From Octopus sinensis (taxonomy: Eukaryota): DNA of 64,000 nt. Of this stretch, positions 1 through 12,575 are shown in pieces (position 1 is the first letter of the stretch; every line of letters starts with the position of its first letter). The notes beneath the pieces are model-generated. The model was not told where the DNA came from, ran no database searches, and worked only from the letters and a program-made list of their open reading frames with translations. The position numbers were made by a program, and so were the translations under genes. The stretch is from the NCBI RefSeq assembly GCF_006345805.1, contig NC_043003.1, positions 75,268,001 to 75,332,000 of the forward strand. Direction: 5' to 3'.

Positions 1-2319
1 TATCAATGCATTAAATATGCACGCTACGATCAGTTGTGTAACTTACACAATATTAACATCTTCGGTCGACATATCTAACTGGGAACATAATCAGCAGGTT
101 TACTCCATAAACAGTAGTTGCCAGAATGATCAAGGACAACGTGGCAACAGAAAAAAGAACAGGAAATGATAAATATAGTGAAGATAGTCAGAAGAAGTGA
201 GGTAAAGATGAAAATATACATGGGAAAATGGAAGGGGTGAATATAAATTATTAAGTAGATAAGGTAGAAAATTAAACAGGCAAAATATGTCCATCGCAGC
301 AAAGAGCAAACGATCAAAGAGAGAACTAGAAAGGAACAGATTATAAGGAATATTAAGAAACAGGAGGAGGAGAAGTGAAGAATATGGGGTAAAAAGAAAG
401 TAAAAAAAAAAAACGAAAAAGTAATAGAAAAGAGACAAATCAAATTAGACATTGCGGATAGGGCAAAATATAGACTATAGTGTGCCAAATATGGAATCAA
501 GTACGTCGTAAGTTTAAAAAAAGGAAGGTTGAGCAAGTGTAGCCTTTTCAACAGGATGGTTTCCTCATTAACAATAAACTCTAATTCTACTGATTTCTTA
601 CCACATGCCAGGGGAAATATAAACGCACACGACGCACGAATTGCGGTCATCACAAGCTTATCTTTCAATTATACATAGATATATACACACGCACACACAA
701 ACACACACACTTATATATAAGAAGATTTCAGAAAGAAATATAATCTTGTGTGATGAAAAGTTTTGAAGATATAAATAAAAATACATCTATGAATTTAAAA
801 TGTAATTACAATATATAATATCCACATCAACAACATATTCATGTGTTAGCTATTCACAAATATTGGTCGTATACTGTCGGTAGAAAAATTATATTATAGG
901 AGTATTTAGTTCGTGGGAAATACAGGTTAATGATTGTCCTTGATTGAAATATCCTTAATCTGTTGTTGTATCATTAACACGCCACGTACATCGAATTAGA
1001 AGTCCAAGGGAATAAATGTTGATTGCTTAAGAAATATTTTAACAAGAAGACTATGTCTGTTATGGAACTTCGCAAATATCATATATATGGAGAAAAACAA
1101 ATTTATAGTTTTGGGTATAAATATAAAATATTTCATATAAAATATGATATATATATCTTTTGGGAAACTCTTGCAGTATTTATTTAATACTGAATGAGAT
1201 TCACTTTGGAATTCAGATTCTCTCACGGGTATATAAATAGGAAGTACAATGATGATAAGTCAACACTAGACATTTTTTTAAAAAATCATATAGAATAAAC
1301 GAATTATAATACCATTAATACAGAAATTAGAGACAGATGGGGTGGAAATAGGAACAGCTTAGGACGAATGTAGACGTTGTAAAAGAATATCTATATTTAG
1401 TTAAACAGGCTCTCACCCAAATTCCTGTAATGTTACTTTATGCTTTTAATACGCAGTGAATTTATTGCATTTATTTTGCATAATTCCCTATTACCAAAAA
1501 TAATTTTCAAGGAATCGCGCAAACAAACGTTGTAATTAATTCTACCACTCTGGTAAGTGCATTGATCAGTTTGACAGTATATTTTCTGGTGCAGAATTTG
1601 TTCAGGAAAATACTGGCATGCTCACCAACCATTAAGTGTGTTATATTTGTAATGTGGTGGTCTCTCTTGTTAGTGATATGTTACTCTTCTATTAAAATTA
1701 TATAACCGATGTGATCTTCCTCACTATATAGGCTTCTTCCACAAAACAAGCAATATGTATATGTGTATGTGTGTGTGTGAGAGAGAGAGATAGAGAGTAT
1801 TGTCTTTTGTGCGTGCAATTATATATTACTATACAAATATTAGATGTATACATATTCTACTCTAGAAATAAATTAGTGTAAAATATTTTCAATTAGAATT
1901 ATTCATTCTCATTTTCTATTTAATAATTTTTGTAATAACCTATCATGAGTTAAAAAGAACTAGTTATTACTTTATGCTCAAATTGAATATGTAATGCCAA
2001 GCTATCACATTTGTCATCAATGCCTTTGTTGTTTATTCTTTATGAACTACAACTCATTATAATTTATTAGATTTTACTGTAGCTTTTAATCATACAAATT
2101 GTGTCCTTAATTTGTTTAACGTGTTTGTCTCCTATGTGTTCACATAACATTCATTGCATTCGTTTCCACAGAATTATCAATAAGAGCTCAAATGTTTTTG
2201 ATACTTGAGAGACGCCTTTATTCTCTTCTCAGGGTCATGCTATCCTTACCCTTAACTAGTGCAGGCAGTCACTACCCTCTCGATGCGTTAACCAATCATT
2301 ATTATATGCTTGTGGTGTC

Positions 2320-2470
2320 GAACCGTCTGCGGAACTCAAGTTCCCCCACACTATTTGATCTGGCAGAACGTCTAATGTCACTTATCAGGAGAAAGGGCCG
2401 CACCAGCACACATCCAACACTCATTACAGTTGAGTGGATTGAAGCAACATGACATGAAGTATCTTCCTTT
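2320..2470 (-). mobile_element. Degenerate SINE fragment
   Basis: 'cagttgagtggattgaagcaacatgacatgaagtatctt' resembles the antisense body of a cephalopod tRNA-SINE. Recognised by eye only. Confidence 0.4.
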
Positions 2471-4222
2471 CTGATGCAATCTAAATGATACCCAAAAATA
2501 CTACAGGTGAAATACTAAAATATGAAAAAAGGGTTATCTATTAAATGCCTGTTTGATGATTCCCTTTCATCTAAATTCGGTTTATTTTATCACTCTTACA
2601 ATTACTATTCAGTGAAATATGCCTCTTCGTATATTTTTTTATTGATTATATTATATTAGAAAAAACTTTTTTATTTCATTTAAAATTTTGGTCATCGATA
2701 GTTTTTCTGCAAGAAGAATTCAGGGTTTGCTTTCTTTTCATTTTGAATAGCAGAATTACATAATGTAAAAAAATTGTTTTAATTTTTTTGCTGATAGTGA
2801 TATTTGTAATAGGAATGCATTTTCTATTTCTAGTTTTTTCCTCAAACCTACAAAATTCCGTTTGATCAACATGACAACCTATCTATCAAATTTACGTTAT
2901 GTATTCCGTTTAGATAGCAAACAAGCATTTGTTTCTTTATTTTGTTACTCATGGTTATAAGCTACGAATTACTCCATCTAATATTGTCTATATAAAAAGA
3001 ATTATTACTTTATGTAACCCGTGAAATTAGAGTTTAAGTTTTTTTTCTTTGCATTTGTATATTTTTTAACATAAGACAACATATATGTGTTAGAATAGCA
3101 AGTTTTTATTTTCGTTCTCTGACAAAAACTATAATTTACGTGAAATTCATACGTATTGCATTTGCTATAATCAATGAAAACATATAAACAATTTTATTAA
3201 ATGTATACTGAATGTGTAGAAGTTAATAATTCCTAATAAAGTATTAAATGAGTTATACGATTATAAAATTTACAAGTGATATGGGATTGTTGAAATACAA
3301 ATTCTTTTACAATCCATTTAATAAAACAGCTTCCACTGGACAAAAGCAACACTGGACCGTTGGTCTCATTTTCAATGAGACAAGGAACAATGCACTGTGG
3401 ATGTTTTATATTCACTAATATGGCTTTTATTTGATCACTAAAACACTTAATAATAGTTCTAGACGTTTTACTTGATTATATTGCATTGATGTATCAGATA
3501 CGCTTTGCTGTTGAGCATGAATATATTTCTATGTGCATATCACACGTTTTAAGGATGAACATGTTTACTAAAATTGCGCCAGATCTCTGAATGTGTTCAG
3601 ACAGCAGTGCCGTAATTCAATAAATCTCCTTTATATTCTTCTTCAGGATGGAACCTGATATTCGATGTACTCTGCTCTCATTAAAAACATTGGCTATATT
3701 GGATAAAGTGTATCTAATTTTGAAATTACTTTATAGATAATCGCTGCACTTATAACTGCAATGATTTTAATTAAAGATCTAATCAGTCAGAAGTGACAGG
3801 TTTCTAGATAGCAGCTATGCAAGTTTTAGGTATACAAAGTGATCTAGCAGTAAGCAACAATGACCGCAATAATTGTTTTATAATGCATCAAATTACTTTC
3901 TATTTGACAAGAATAGAATGAAATTATATTGTCAAGTAACATTATTATTATCAGTGAGCGTTCGCATATGATTGTATGCTTTCACTGCACAACAGGACAC
4001 AATATTTTGTGGTTTCGTATGTTCAAATTTGTTGGAGGAGGGGAGATACACTTTCTGTTGTAGTGAGTGTTGCCTATGTATAATATTAATGCCATACCTT
4101 GTGCTATGTGTTATAAGTAGGAAGTGTGTACCGTTATTGGTAATTCCATCACCCGCTTCTTAAAATTGTTTATTAGGAAGTGTCATTTTATTTAGCAATA
4201 ATATTTTTATTCAACCCACCTC

Positions 4223-4650
4223 GGATCTATTCGGTTTGAACGGCAGTTTTTAACATAATTTCTAGGTAACTTCGTATACTGGTAGAATGTGTTTATAAAA
4301 CATATTTTTCTCTTGACTTTATTAAGAATATTCTATAGTTTGTAAGATATTTGTTGTTTTGTTCTTCAATTTCTGCACTTTCAACTAATCACTGACGTCC
4401 ATTGAGGTAAACAACATTCTGTGCCGTATGGATATGTCCCTCGTTTAAGAAACAGATTGGGTTTATTTACATTTTTGAAGAAAAAAATATACCCTACCCC
4501 CACCCCTATCCCTAAGCCTAACCTTAACCCTAACTAACCCTAACCCTAAAATAGATTGAAATGCAATACATCGATACTAGGGTCAAAATTATGGGTGACA
4601 ATTTCATATGACACCGCTAGAAAAAACTGCCGTCCAAACCAAAAAGATCC
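4223..4650. mobile_element. MITE, 428 bp, probably Merlin-like, nested in the Gypsy element
   Basis: 29-bp TIRs (GGATCTATTCGGTTTGAACGGCAGTTTTT vs GGATCTTTTTGGTTTGGACGGCAGTTTTT, 3 mismatches). Perfect 8-bp TSD CCCACCTC at 4215-4222 and 4651-4658. Confidence 0.92.
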
Positions 4651-7578
4651 CCCACCTCCCTTTTTGGGGATTTCCTTTCGAACAATTTAATATCTTTTTC
4701 TTGGAGTCTAATTCCTGGAATTCTGTATGATTTCTAATCCTTTCACTTGTACGCCTGGGTTCCATCACCTACAGTAGCATTGATACAAGGAACGTATCGT
4801 ACACCCATTCCATCGGTTCCTCCAACTACTTTGGTTCACTTTCCACGAATCTCTTTTTTAAGTTGGTTCCTGTGTCTTTTATGTATGCCATTTCTAATTT
4901 TTAACCAATATATCATTTTACTTATGTGGTAGGTAATTTCGCTATCCATTTTTGTATGTCCAGTTTTTTCAGTTCTTTGTTAACCTGGTCTGTTGCCTCA
5001 AATGGTGTATTTCCTTTTGACATACATACAGGCGTTTCGTGTTTTACTGCAATCATTTGTTTCAGCCTTTTGACCTCATTTGAACATTCGACTGAGGCGA
5101 CTATATTTCTATACAAAACATTTGTGGGTGTATCCCATAAAATAAGTAGTTTTGTCCACTCTCTGCCAAATAAATTAAGTGAATGTTTTAATACATATAA
5201 TAAATATATCTTAGCCTCTTTCGTTTGACCTCGAAATGCTACGCTACATACGCATATACCTATAATGTATAGTCTTTTTCTCATAAACCAAGTGCTACCT
5301 TATAGAATTTATAAAACTTCAGCTTGCCGATATATTTGCACATGTTTTTCGTTTATAATAGTCAGGTCACTACCATCACACACCTTATCACCAACATTAG
5401 AAATCTTGATATGTCTTCCTTGGCACTATTCTTTTCTTTCTAGGTAGCAATTTACCAAAAACTTACATTAATTTCCTAGAACACATCAGTCCCTATAGTG
5501 TGCTACCTTCTAGTGTATTCGGATTTGGCGTTACACTTAAAAATTGTTGCAGAGATACCACATCGGTGCTTTCCTTATTTGCTGTTATTAAAGCTCTTTT
5601 GGAAGTATGAACAAAGCGATGTACCTGTCCATTAGATCTAGGATAGTATATCGCAGTATTATATGTTCTACTGCGAATATTTCCCAATATTTTTTGTATA
5701 TGCTCCACATAAATTGCTTTTCCTTGTCATCCATTACTTGTCCTAAGGATTTCATTTTATTTAATCAGCAAGAATTCCCACTTTACCTTAACACCAAAGG
5801 GAAGCTGCTTAAATTTATTATAAGCCATGGTGTGTGTTAAGTTTTAACAAATTTTAACAAATTTAAGCATGTGCGACGAGCAAATTTAAAAACTCCCTAT
5901 TGATAAACTTGTGCAAACACTTCGTTTGTCATATTTTTTCTTTTACACGTAAACCATCAGTGTTGACCAGTCAGCGTGGTCATTCTTTTCAAGTATACCA
6001 AGACATTCCAGTCTTACCAGCTCTTTGTTAACCTGGTATAATGCTGCAAATAGTACATTTCTTTTTGGCCTACGTGCAAGTATTTCGTGTTTTACTGAAA
6101 GGTTTTCGTTTCAGTCTTTTGGTCTCATTTGAACCTTCGACTGAGGCGACAATATTTCTGCACAAAGCACATGTGGTTAAGTCCCATAAATTAAATAGCT
6201 GAATCTACTCTCTGCCAAATAAATTAAGTAAGTGTTTTAATATATATAATACACATATCATAGCTTCTTTCGTTTGACCTCGAAATGTTACTTTACACAC
6301 GGAGTCACCGATAAAATATAATGTATTTCCAGTAACATGTGCTACCTTTTTTAGATTTAATTAATTTCGGCTTACACACACATTTCCATGTTTGTTTGTT
6401 TTTTTGTTTATAATAGTCATGTCACTACCTGTGTCGAACTTCAATTTTACACTTGTATTTTTAACTTTCATATTTATGATTTTTCGGTTCCTTGTAGTAC
6501 CCATTATTTTCGATGTAAAACTAATTACATTTTTCTCATTGTTCTCACGTTTTATTATTTTCGTTCTACTGTGCGACATTATATAACCTAGATTTCCATA
6601 AAGAAAATACTCCACTTTTTTAGATGAACAATTTTTCCTCGGGTGTATACCACCACATGCAAAACATGAGTTTAAATCCTGATGTGTTCTTTTTGGAAAA
6701 TACATTATCTCTATTCAGACTATTCCGCACTGGTTTTACCTGGAAACAATCTTTACATAAAATTTCCTCTGTGTCGTGTCTTAATTTAAGTATCATTTTA
6801 CATTCATCAGACACTTTTTGCAGTGTTACACCTGGCTTTGCTCCATCTTTGCAAGAATTGTAGTTCTGACTTCTGCGTCGTTTTCGGCAGTTAGTCCCCG
6901 TGTACAACTTAGGTATTTGAACATATTTGGAGTTAACTTATCCAGCTTAATCTTCTCGGATTCCCGGTAGCTGTACCAGCATATGTGATGAAGTCTTCGT
7001 TGTTGTTTTTCTCAATATCCAGACATTTCCATCATTTGTTGAACGGTGAGCTTTTTTCAGTGAAAATCTTACACAATACATCTATTACGGTATCATTCAT
7101 GTACAGTTGGCGTCAGGTTTCTTAACATTAAGCGAGTTTTCTTATTGTTGTCCCAATCATTACTTTCTCTTTCGAAGTTTTGCCCGTATCTTTTGTAGTA
7201 TGCTCTCAAGGCAGCTGCTTCGTCAGATTCGTTTTGGAATTCAGTTATTGAATTCGCAACATAGTTTTGCGAGAACATTTTTTTTACGCTTTCCTGACGA
7301 CATCAGTAACTGCAGCATTTGTTGCTGAAATATAAATTGTTGTTGGCATTGCTTCTGTTATTTCTCTTGCTGTTGTATCTCCTGTTGTTGCTCTTGCAGT
7401 TGTATCAGCTGTTGTTCTTTCAACTGTTGTTGTTATTGTCGCTGCTTTTGTAACCCAAGCAAACAGGGCATTAAATTTTCAATAATTTTACGATTTTTCG
7501 GAAACTTTACACAGCGAAAACACTTCTGAGTTTCTTAGCTCCTCTACAAGTTTATATTAACTCCACATGAATTGGTTT

Positions 7579-7591
7579 ATCCTCTTCGCCA
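7579..7591 (-). promoter_or_regulatory. Primer-binding site, tRNA-Ser(GCT)-type
   Basis: Minus strand reads TGGCGAAGAGGAT, one mismatch from TGGCGACGAGGAT (complement of the tRNA-Ser(GCT) 3' end). It lies 1 nt from the LTR terminal CA. Confidence 0.8.
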
Positions 7592-7592
7592 C

Positions 7593-7899
7593 TGTTATAA
7601 AGCGGTATTTTGCCACTGTTTCGCCTATCTATGTATGACGATTGTTACATTCCGAAGTCGTCGATATAATGTTTCCATCTGGCACTGCACAACCCCACTC
7701 ATACATTGTTATTATCCTCAAACGGATAATAACCAAGCAGTAACACAGTATAATTACTATATCAGCACAGACACGACAATAAACACAATCTACACGTACT
7801 CTGTTATTCAAAGTACTCTTGATACTGGCCGGCATCACCTTACTGATTCATTCCACAAATCAGGTGGGAAGGGTGTACCATTATTACTAATTCCCTACA
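7593..7899 (-). repeat. 5' LTR of the Gypsy element
   Basis: TG...CA ends. 'gggaagggtgtaccattattactaattccctaca' is similar to 'aggaagtgtgtaccgttattggtaattccatca' at 4119-4151, and both copies begin 'tgttataa'. Confidence 0.7.
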
Positions 7900-9584
7900 G
7901 CTTTATGTTCTCATGTGTGAGTACTAGGACAAAACGTAGACAGAGTAGACGAGGTCAACAACTATTTCTATATAGGAAACGCTTAATCCGTTCTTGACGA
8001 GCAGACAATAGTTCTGTACCGTAAGTATCAGACCATTTTTGCTATTATTTACTCTCGCTTTTACAGGATATTTGCAGTCGTTTCTAGAGAGTTATTGCCC
8101 ATGTGTAATACCTGAAATGAGATATCTATATGACCACTGACTTCCTATAGATTACACATATGAAAAAGAGAGTATGTATTTAAAAAAAAACGAATAAAAT
8201 GTGAAACTAATATGGATACAAACTTACAAGAGCTAAATAGTGGCTTATTATTTCTGTCAATACACAAGAATGTACTCGCAATAGTGTTTCTTGAAAAAAT
8301 TTAAATGCTCCAGAAACAATCTTCGGGTCGTAATAAGAGGGATGTAGGTAAAGTAATTGCTGCATGAGCAACTTTTTATAGTCCTAATCAGTTTGGATCA
8401 GCAGCAAGTTATCATAAGCTTCTTTTCCTCTCAACTTTGAAAAAGAATTGACTAATATCGATAAGAATAACATTTACAACACCAATACGTTATTCCGATA
8501 ATGCTTACGTTTAGACTTGCATAGCCTTGGAGAGAAATCATGTTCAGACTTTAAGTTATTGTCAAAAGTATTCTATTTCAAGATGGATGAGTTACAAAAA
8601 GGTATGCCTTTGCAGCATCATTTTTAACAGAAAGTCTACAGGATGATGCATGAAGATGGAAGTAAGGCTGTGAAACGATCTAGCATACGATTGGAATACG
8701 GGTGAATTCTAGATAATACAGGATTTGTATTTGACATTTTCTTGATTCCCATTTTGTTCAAAATATATAGACACCCAGCAAATTACCAAAGATATCGATG
8801 AGGGTAATGCTGAAACATAATGTACGTAAGAGCTTAAAGAAGGAACTTCTCACTTTCAATTGCAACAGTGTTACTTTTTAATACCTAGATTTGTTTCCTG
8901 CGGAAGTAACCCGAGATATTGTATTTCACACAATATCTGATCTCCAAGAATACATTCAAGACGTTGAGAGTTATGGGGTTCCAACAGCATTTCCCATCAC
9001 ATCATTATACGTGCAGATTTTTTTCACAGAAGAATTTTAAATAACTATATTATGTGTGTTTAAAGGCCTCAGATGTGATGATTAAATCAAGCTGACGATC
9101 CATGATGCGTAATCACATTCGTTATACACTGAGCAAAGCTTGAAATTGATCGATATAAATATTCTGAATAGCAACAACAAAATCAACAAACTATAACATT
9201 ATCGAGTGTTCGGCAATATTATAATCACTGTCACTTTACTAAATACCACAAACAAAAATAAAATAAAAATGCAATAGAAGTTAATATTTCAGAATTAAAA
9301 TGGCCATACTTGGCTAATAAGTTGATTATTTTCAGAAAATATTCAAATACAAATTCATCTTGGATTTACTGTTCTTATTTACCGCAGGAGATTTATGAGC
9401 TATTCTGAGATGCTATTTTTTCCAAACGTATTATAGAAATCTTGTCAAAATTTAAATGAGTAAACGGTAATAAATAACATTAATTCAAAAGAAAAGTGGA
9501 AACTATTTAACAATGCACATAAACCATTTCTTGAAAAAAGTAACAACAAATATCACTGAAACAAAATGCATAAATATCAGGGAG

Positions 9585-9592
9585 AGGTGGAG

Positions 9593-9623
<31 letters not shown>

Positions 9624-9974
9624 GGATGTATCAAAATACTACAAAAAGTTTGAAAAATGTATAAAATATAAATCAATTATATTGTTTTGCACATTTAAAT
9701 TGAAATATTAAATAGGGATTAGGCTCACATATATAAACAATACACAAACGTGTTAATGATGATGAGCATATGGTGTAATAGACAAACACACACTCACACG
9801 CACACACAGAAACTCACATACACACATATATATGCATATTTACATGTATGTATATATACATATTATATATAATTATATACATATATATATATATATATGC
9901 GCGTATGTGTGTATATGCGTGTATGTAAGCACACATATATATATAAATACATATATATATATATAAATACAGAC

Positions 9975-10005
<31 letters not shown>

Positions 10006-10040
10006 CATATATATGTATATATAAATATATGAGAGAGAGA
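9585..10040. repeat. (GA)n, (CA)n and (TA)n microsatellite cluster
   Basis: Seen directly. Confidence 0.9.
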
Positions 10041-10577
10041 CGAATGCAATTGCGAATGCAATTGTGTGCGTATATGAATGCAAATGCATTTATATAACAA
10101 GTTATGTGACCGTATCTAAAAAGAATAAACATAATATTACACACAATAATATATTTTGACATGTGTGTGTATGTGCGTCACGTGCATGTTTTTGATTGAG
10201 AGCGTGTGTATATAACTTTTCTATTTTCTACAACACTTACCTGCGGGAAAATGTTATTTATGTAAAGATACACCTGCAACATAAGAAATAATATAAAATA
10301 TTTTAACAATGATGGACATTACCAACTACTATAGAATCCCAACGTATTCGGTAGTTTCCTTGCAAAAGAAGTTTGAAGAATTACGATGCAAATAACCATT
10401 GCGACATGTATATGTGCGGACATATATTCGTGTTAACGAAAAACAACACATTTCTATGAAGAGAAGAGAATTCGAAAAGTGTTGCCCAAATGATGTTTCT
10501 AAAGACATTATGTAATCCCATATAATGGCACAAAAGTATGCCAAACTCTCACACACAAAAACAGACATACATGCGAA

Positions 10578-10733
10578 GGAGTAACCGTGTGGTAAGTACC
10601 TTGATTAGGAACCACATGGTTCCGAGTTCACTCCCACTGCGTGACACCTAAGGCAAGTGTCTTCTACTATAGTCTCTGACCAAGCAAATACTTGTGAGTG
10701 GATTTGGTAAAGGGAAACTGAAAGACGCCCGTC

Positions 10734-10769
<36 letters not shown>

Positions 10770-11059
10770 AAATATTAGGGAATAAATCCAAACTTACAGG
10801 GAAAAATCAGATATAGGATTGAATCCAATTTTATAGTAAAAGATTATATTATATTAAATATCCCCCGAACATCGCTTGACAACCGATGCTGGTCTGTTTA
10901 CGTCCCCGTAACTTAGCAGTTCGGCAAAATTGACTGATAGAATAAATACTAGGCTTACAAAGAATAAGTCCTAGGGTCGATTTTCTCGACTAAAATTGGT
11001 ACTCCAGCATGGCCACAGTCAAATAACTGAAACAAGGAAAAGTGACTAAAAGTAAAAAG

Positions 11060-11060
<1 letters not shown>
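10578..11060 (+). mobile_element. tRNA-derived CORE-type SINE (family 1), interrupted at ~10766-10860
   Basis: A/B-box-like head, CORE-like 'gtgacacctaaggcaagtg', internal (TA)n, and a 3' half matching the copies at 36215 and 53665. Confidence 0.85.
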
Positions 11061-11147
<87 letters not shown>

Positions 11148-12575
11148 CATACATGCATATATGAGAGGGCTTGTATGAAGGTTTGTAGGGGGGATTTTGT
11201 GTGTCGATATATCTGTGTGTGTGTGCGTCTGTATGTATATAATTTTTATTATTATTACATATTTCTCCGTATTCTACAATCTCCTAGGTTTAGAAACCGT
11301 CTATTATGCGAAAATATGCAACAATCATACCACATGTAGGGATCGTAGGCGTCCTACGGCTTTATCCTAAATTCAAAATTGTGTGTAGATAGTGGTACTT
11401 ATATTTGTTAAGAATGACCCCTTTAAACTTTAAATTTCATATTTTCTTACTCTCGATTTTATGTCTCCGGTCAATTCACTGTTACGTCATCTCTTGTGAT
11501 ATTGTGCAATAGGAGACAATTTTTTTTTATATTTTAGATTGCTTCTTCCTCTAACTATATCCCTTGTTTTCCAGCTAATATCTATATAGAGCTGTTAATG
11601 TAGCTGATGCGTGTTACTCCGCAATCTTCTTCTCTCATCTTGTAGAGACCTATACGGACTTATTCGTAAGGAAATAAATTAGGTTTTCTTTATTTATCTA
11701 AGCCAACGCATACACTTTTGCACCTTAATTCTGCTGGATTTCTTTGCGTGATTTTCTATTTAAAAAGGCCATCTTCATCAAGTACATCTCAGGAAGAATA
11801 TTACCGGAAATAATTTTCAGTAGAGAACTTCTTTCGGGGGATTATTGAGCAATACTACAATCACAGACAGTTCTGGAGGGGGATACTCGTTGACAAATAT
11901 CTTGCTATCTGAAACTATGTGGACAAATCTTTAACGGTAAATCTGGTCTAAAAAGCCACATAAAATCTCATTCCACAACTGAGGCACATACACATAGGTG
12001 GATAAGATATGTATTGAGCAGATATACATGTGAACACGCACACACACACACACACACACACATATGTACACACGTACATATATATTCACAGTAACAAATA
12101 TGAGTATAGATATGCATGTGTATTTGCCTCTGCGTTTGCATACATACGTATGATAGTACAATGGTATAAACAACGTTACTTCATAGTTGCGTATATTAAA
12201 TATATTACTGAATATTTTGTACACAGATACGTAGCAATCGATTCAAAATTATATGTTTTACATTTCTTCTTAAAGCACAAATGTAGACGCATAGTTTTCA
12301 ATAAACATATATGCATGTATTCATGAATTCCCCAAAATATAAACTCAAATACACTCATTTGCAAATACAGACATAGCTAACACATACTCGACACAAAGAC
12401 TAAACAAACAGAATGACTTACACATCTACATACAGCAATGAATACAATTGTTACATGATATATGCCAACGACTGCACCCATTTACAACGAGAACATCTTT
12501 GCATTCCCACGTGTTTCCGTAATAAATATTATTGTATTTATATTCAACGGTTTTATGATCATTTTCATTTGAAAA

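Larger units (their letters stand above)
4109..7899 (-). mobile_element. Decayed, internally deleted Gypsy (Mag-like) LTR retrotransposon
   Basis: Minus-strand fragments: gag (YYKRYGQNFERESNDWDNNKKTRLMLRNL), zinc knuckles (CFACGGIHPRKNC), protease (LKFDTGSD), RT start near 5930-6040, integrase (YPRSNGQVHRFVHTSKRAL; RHRNQL near 4860-4880). PBS at 7579-7591. The 5' LTR (~7593-7899) shares its ends with a short 3' LTR remnant (4109-4151), which has a PPT-like tract at 4152-4163. Confidence 0.9.

Noticed and set aside
75-668. 197-aa hydrophobic ORF on the minus strand
   Set aside because: F/L/I richness simply reflects the purine-rich plus strand and there is no domain motif. A GTGATGA plus hairpin near 625-655 lacks GAAA, so no hammerhead is called.
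3640-3710. Possible splice acceptor and small exon (also ~8065 plus strand and ~39515 minus strand)
   Set aside because: No convincing donor or recognisable peptide; such acceptors are common by chance in AT-rich DNA.
8340-9000. Possible decayed DNA-transposon coding remnant (LQHHF...EYG* motif)
   Set aside because: Too degenerate to assign without a translated search.
9814-10162. YI-, CV- and HT-repeat ORFs here and throughout the window
   Set aside because: These are translations of (TA)n, (TG)n, (TTA)n and (GATA)n microsatellites.
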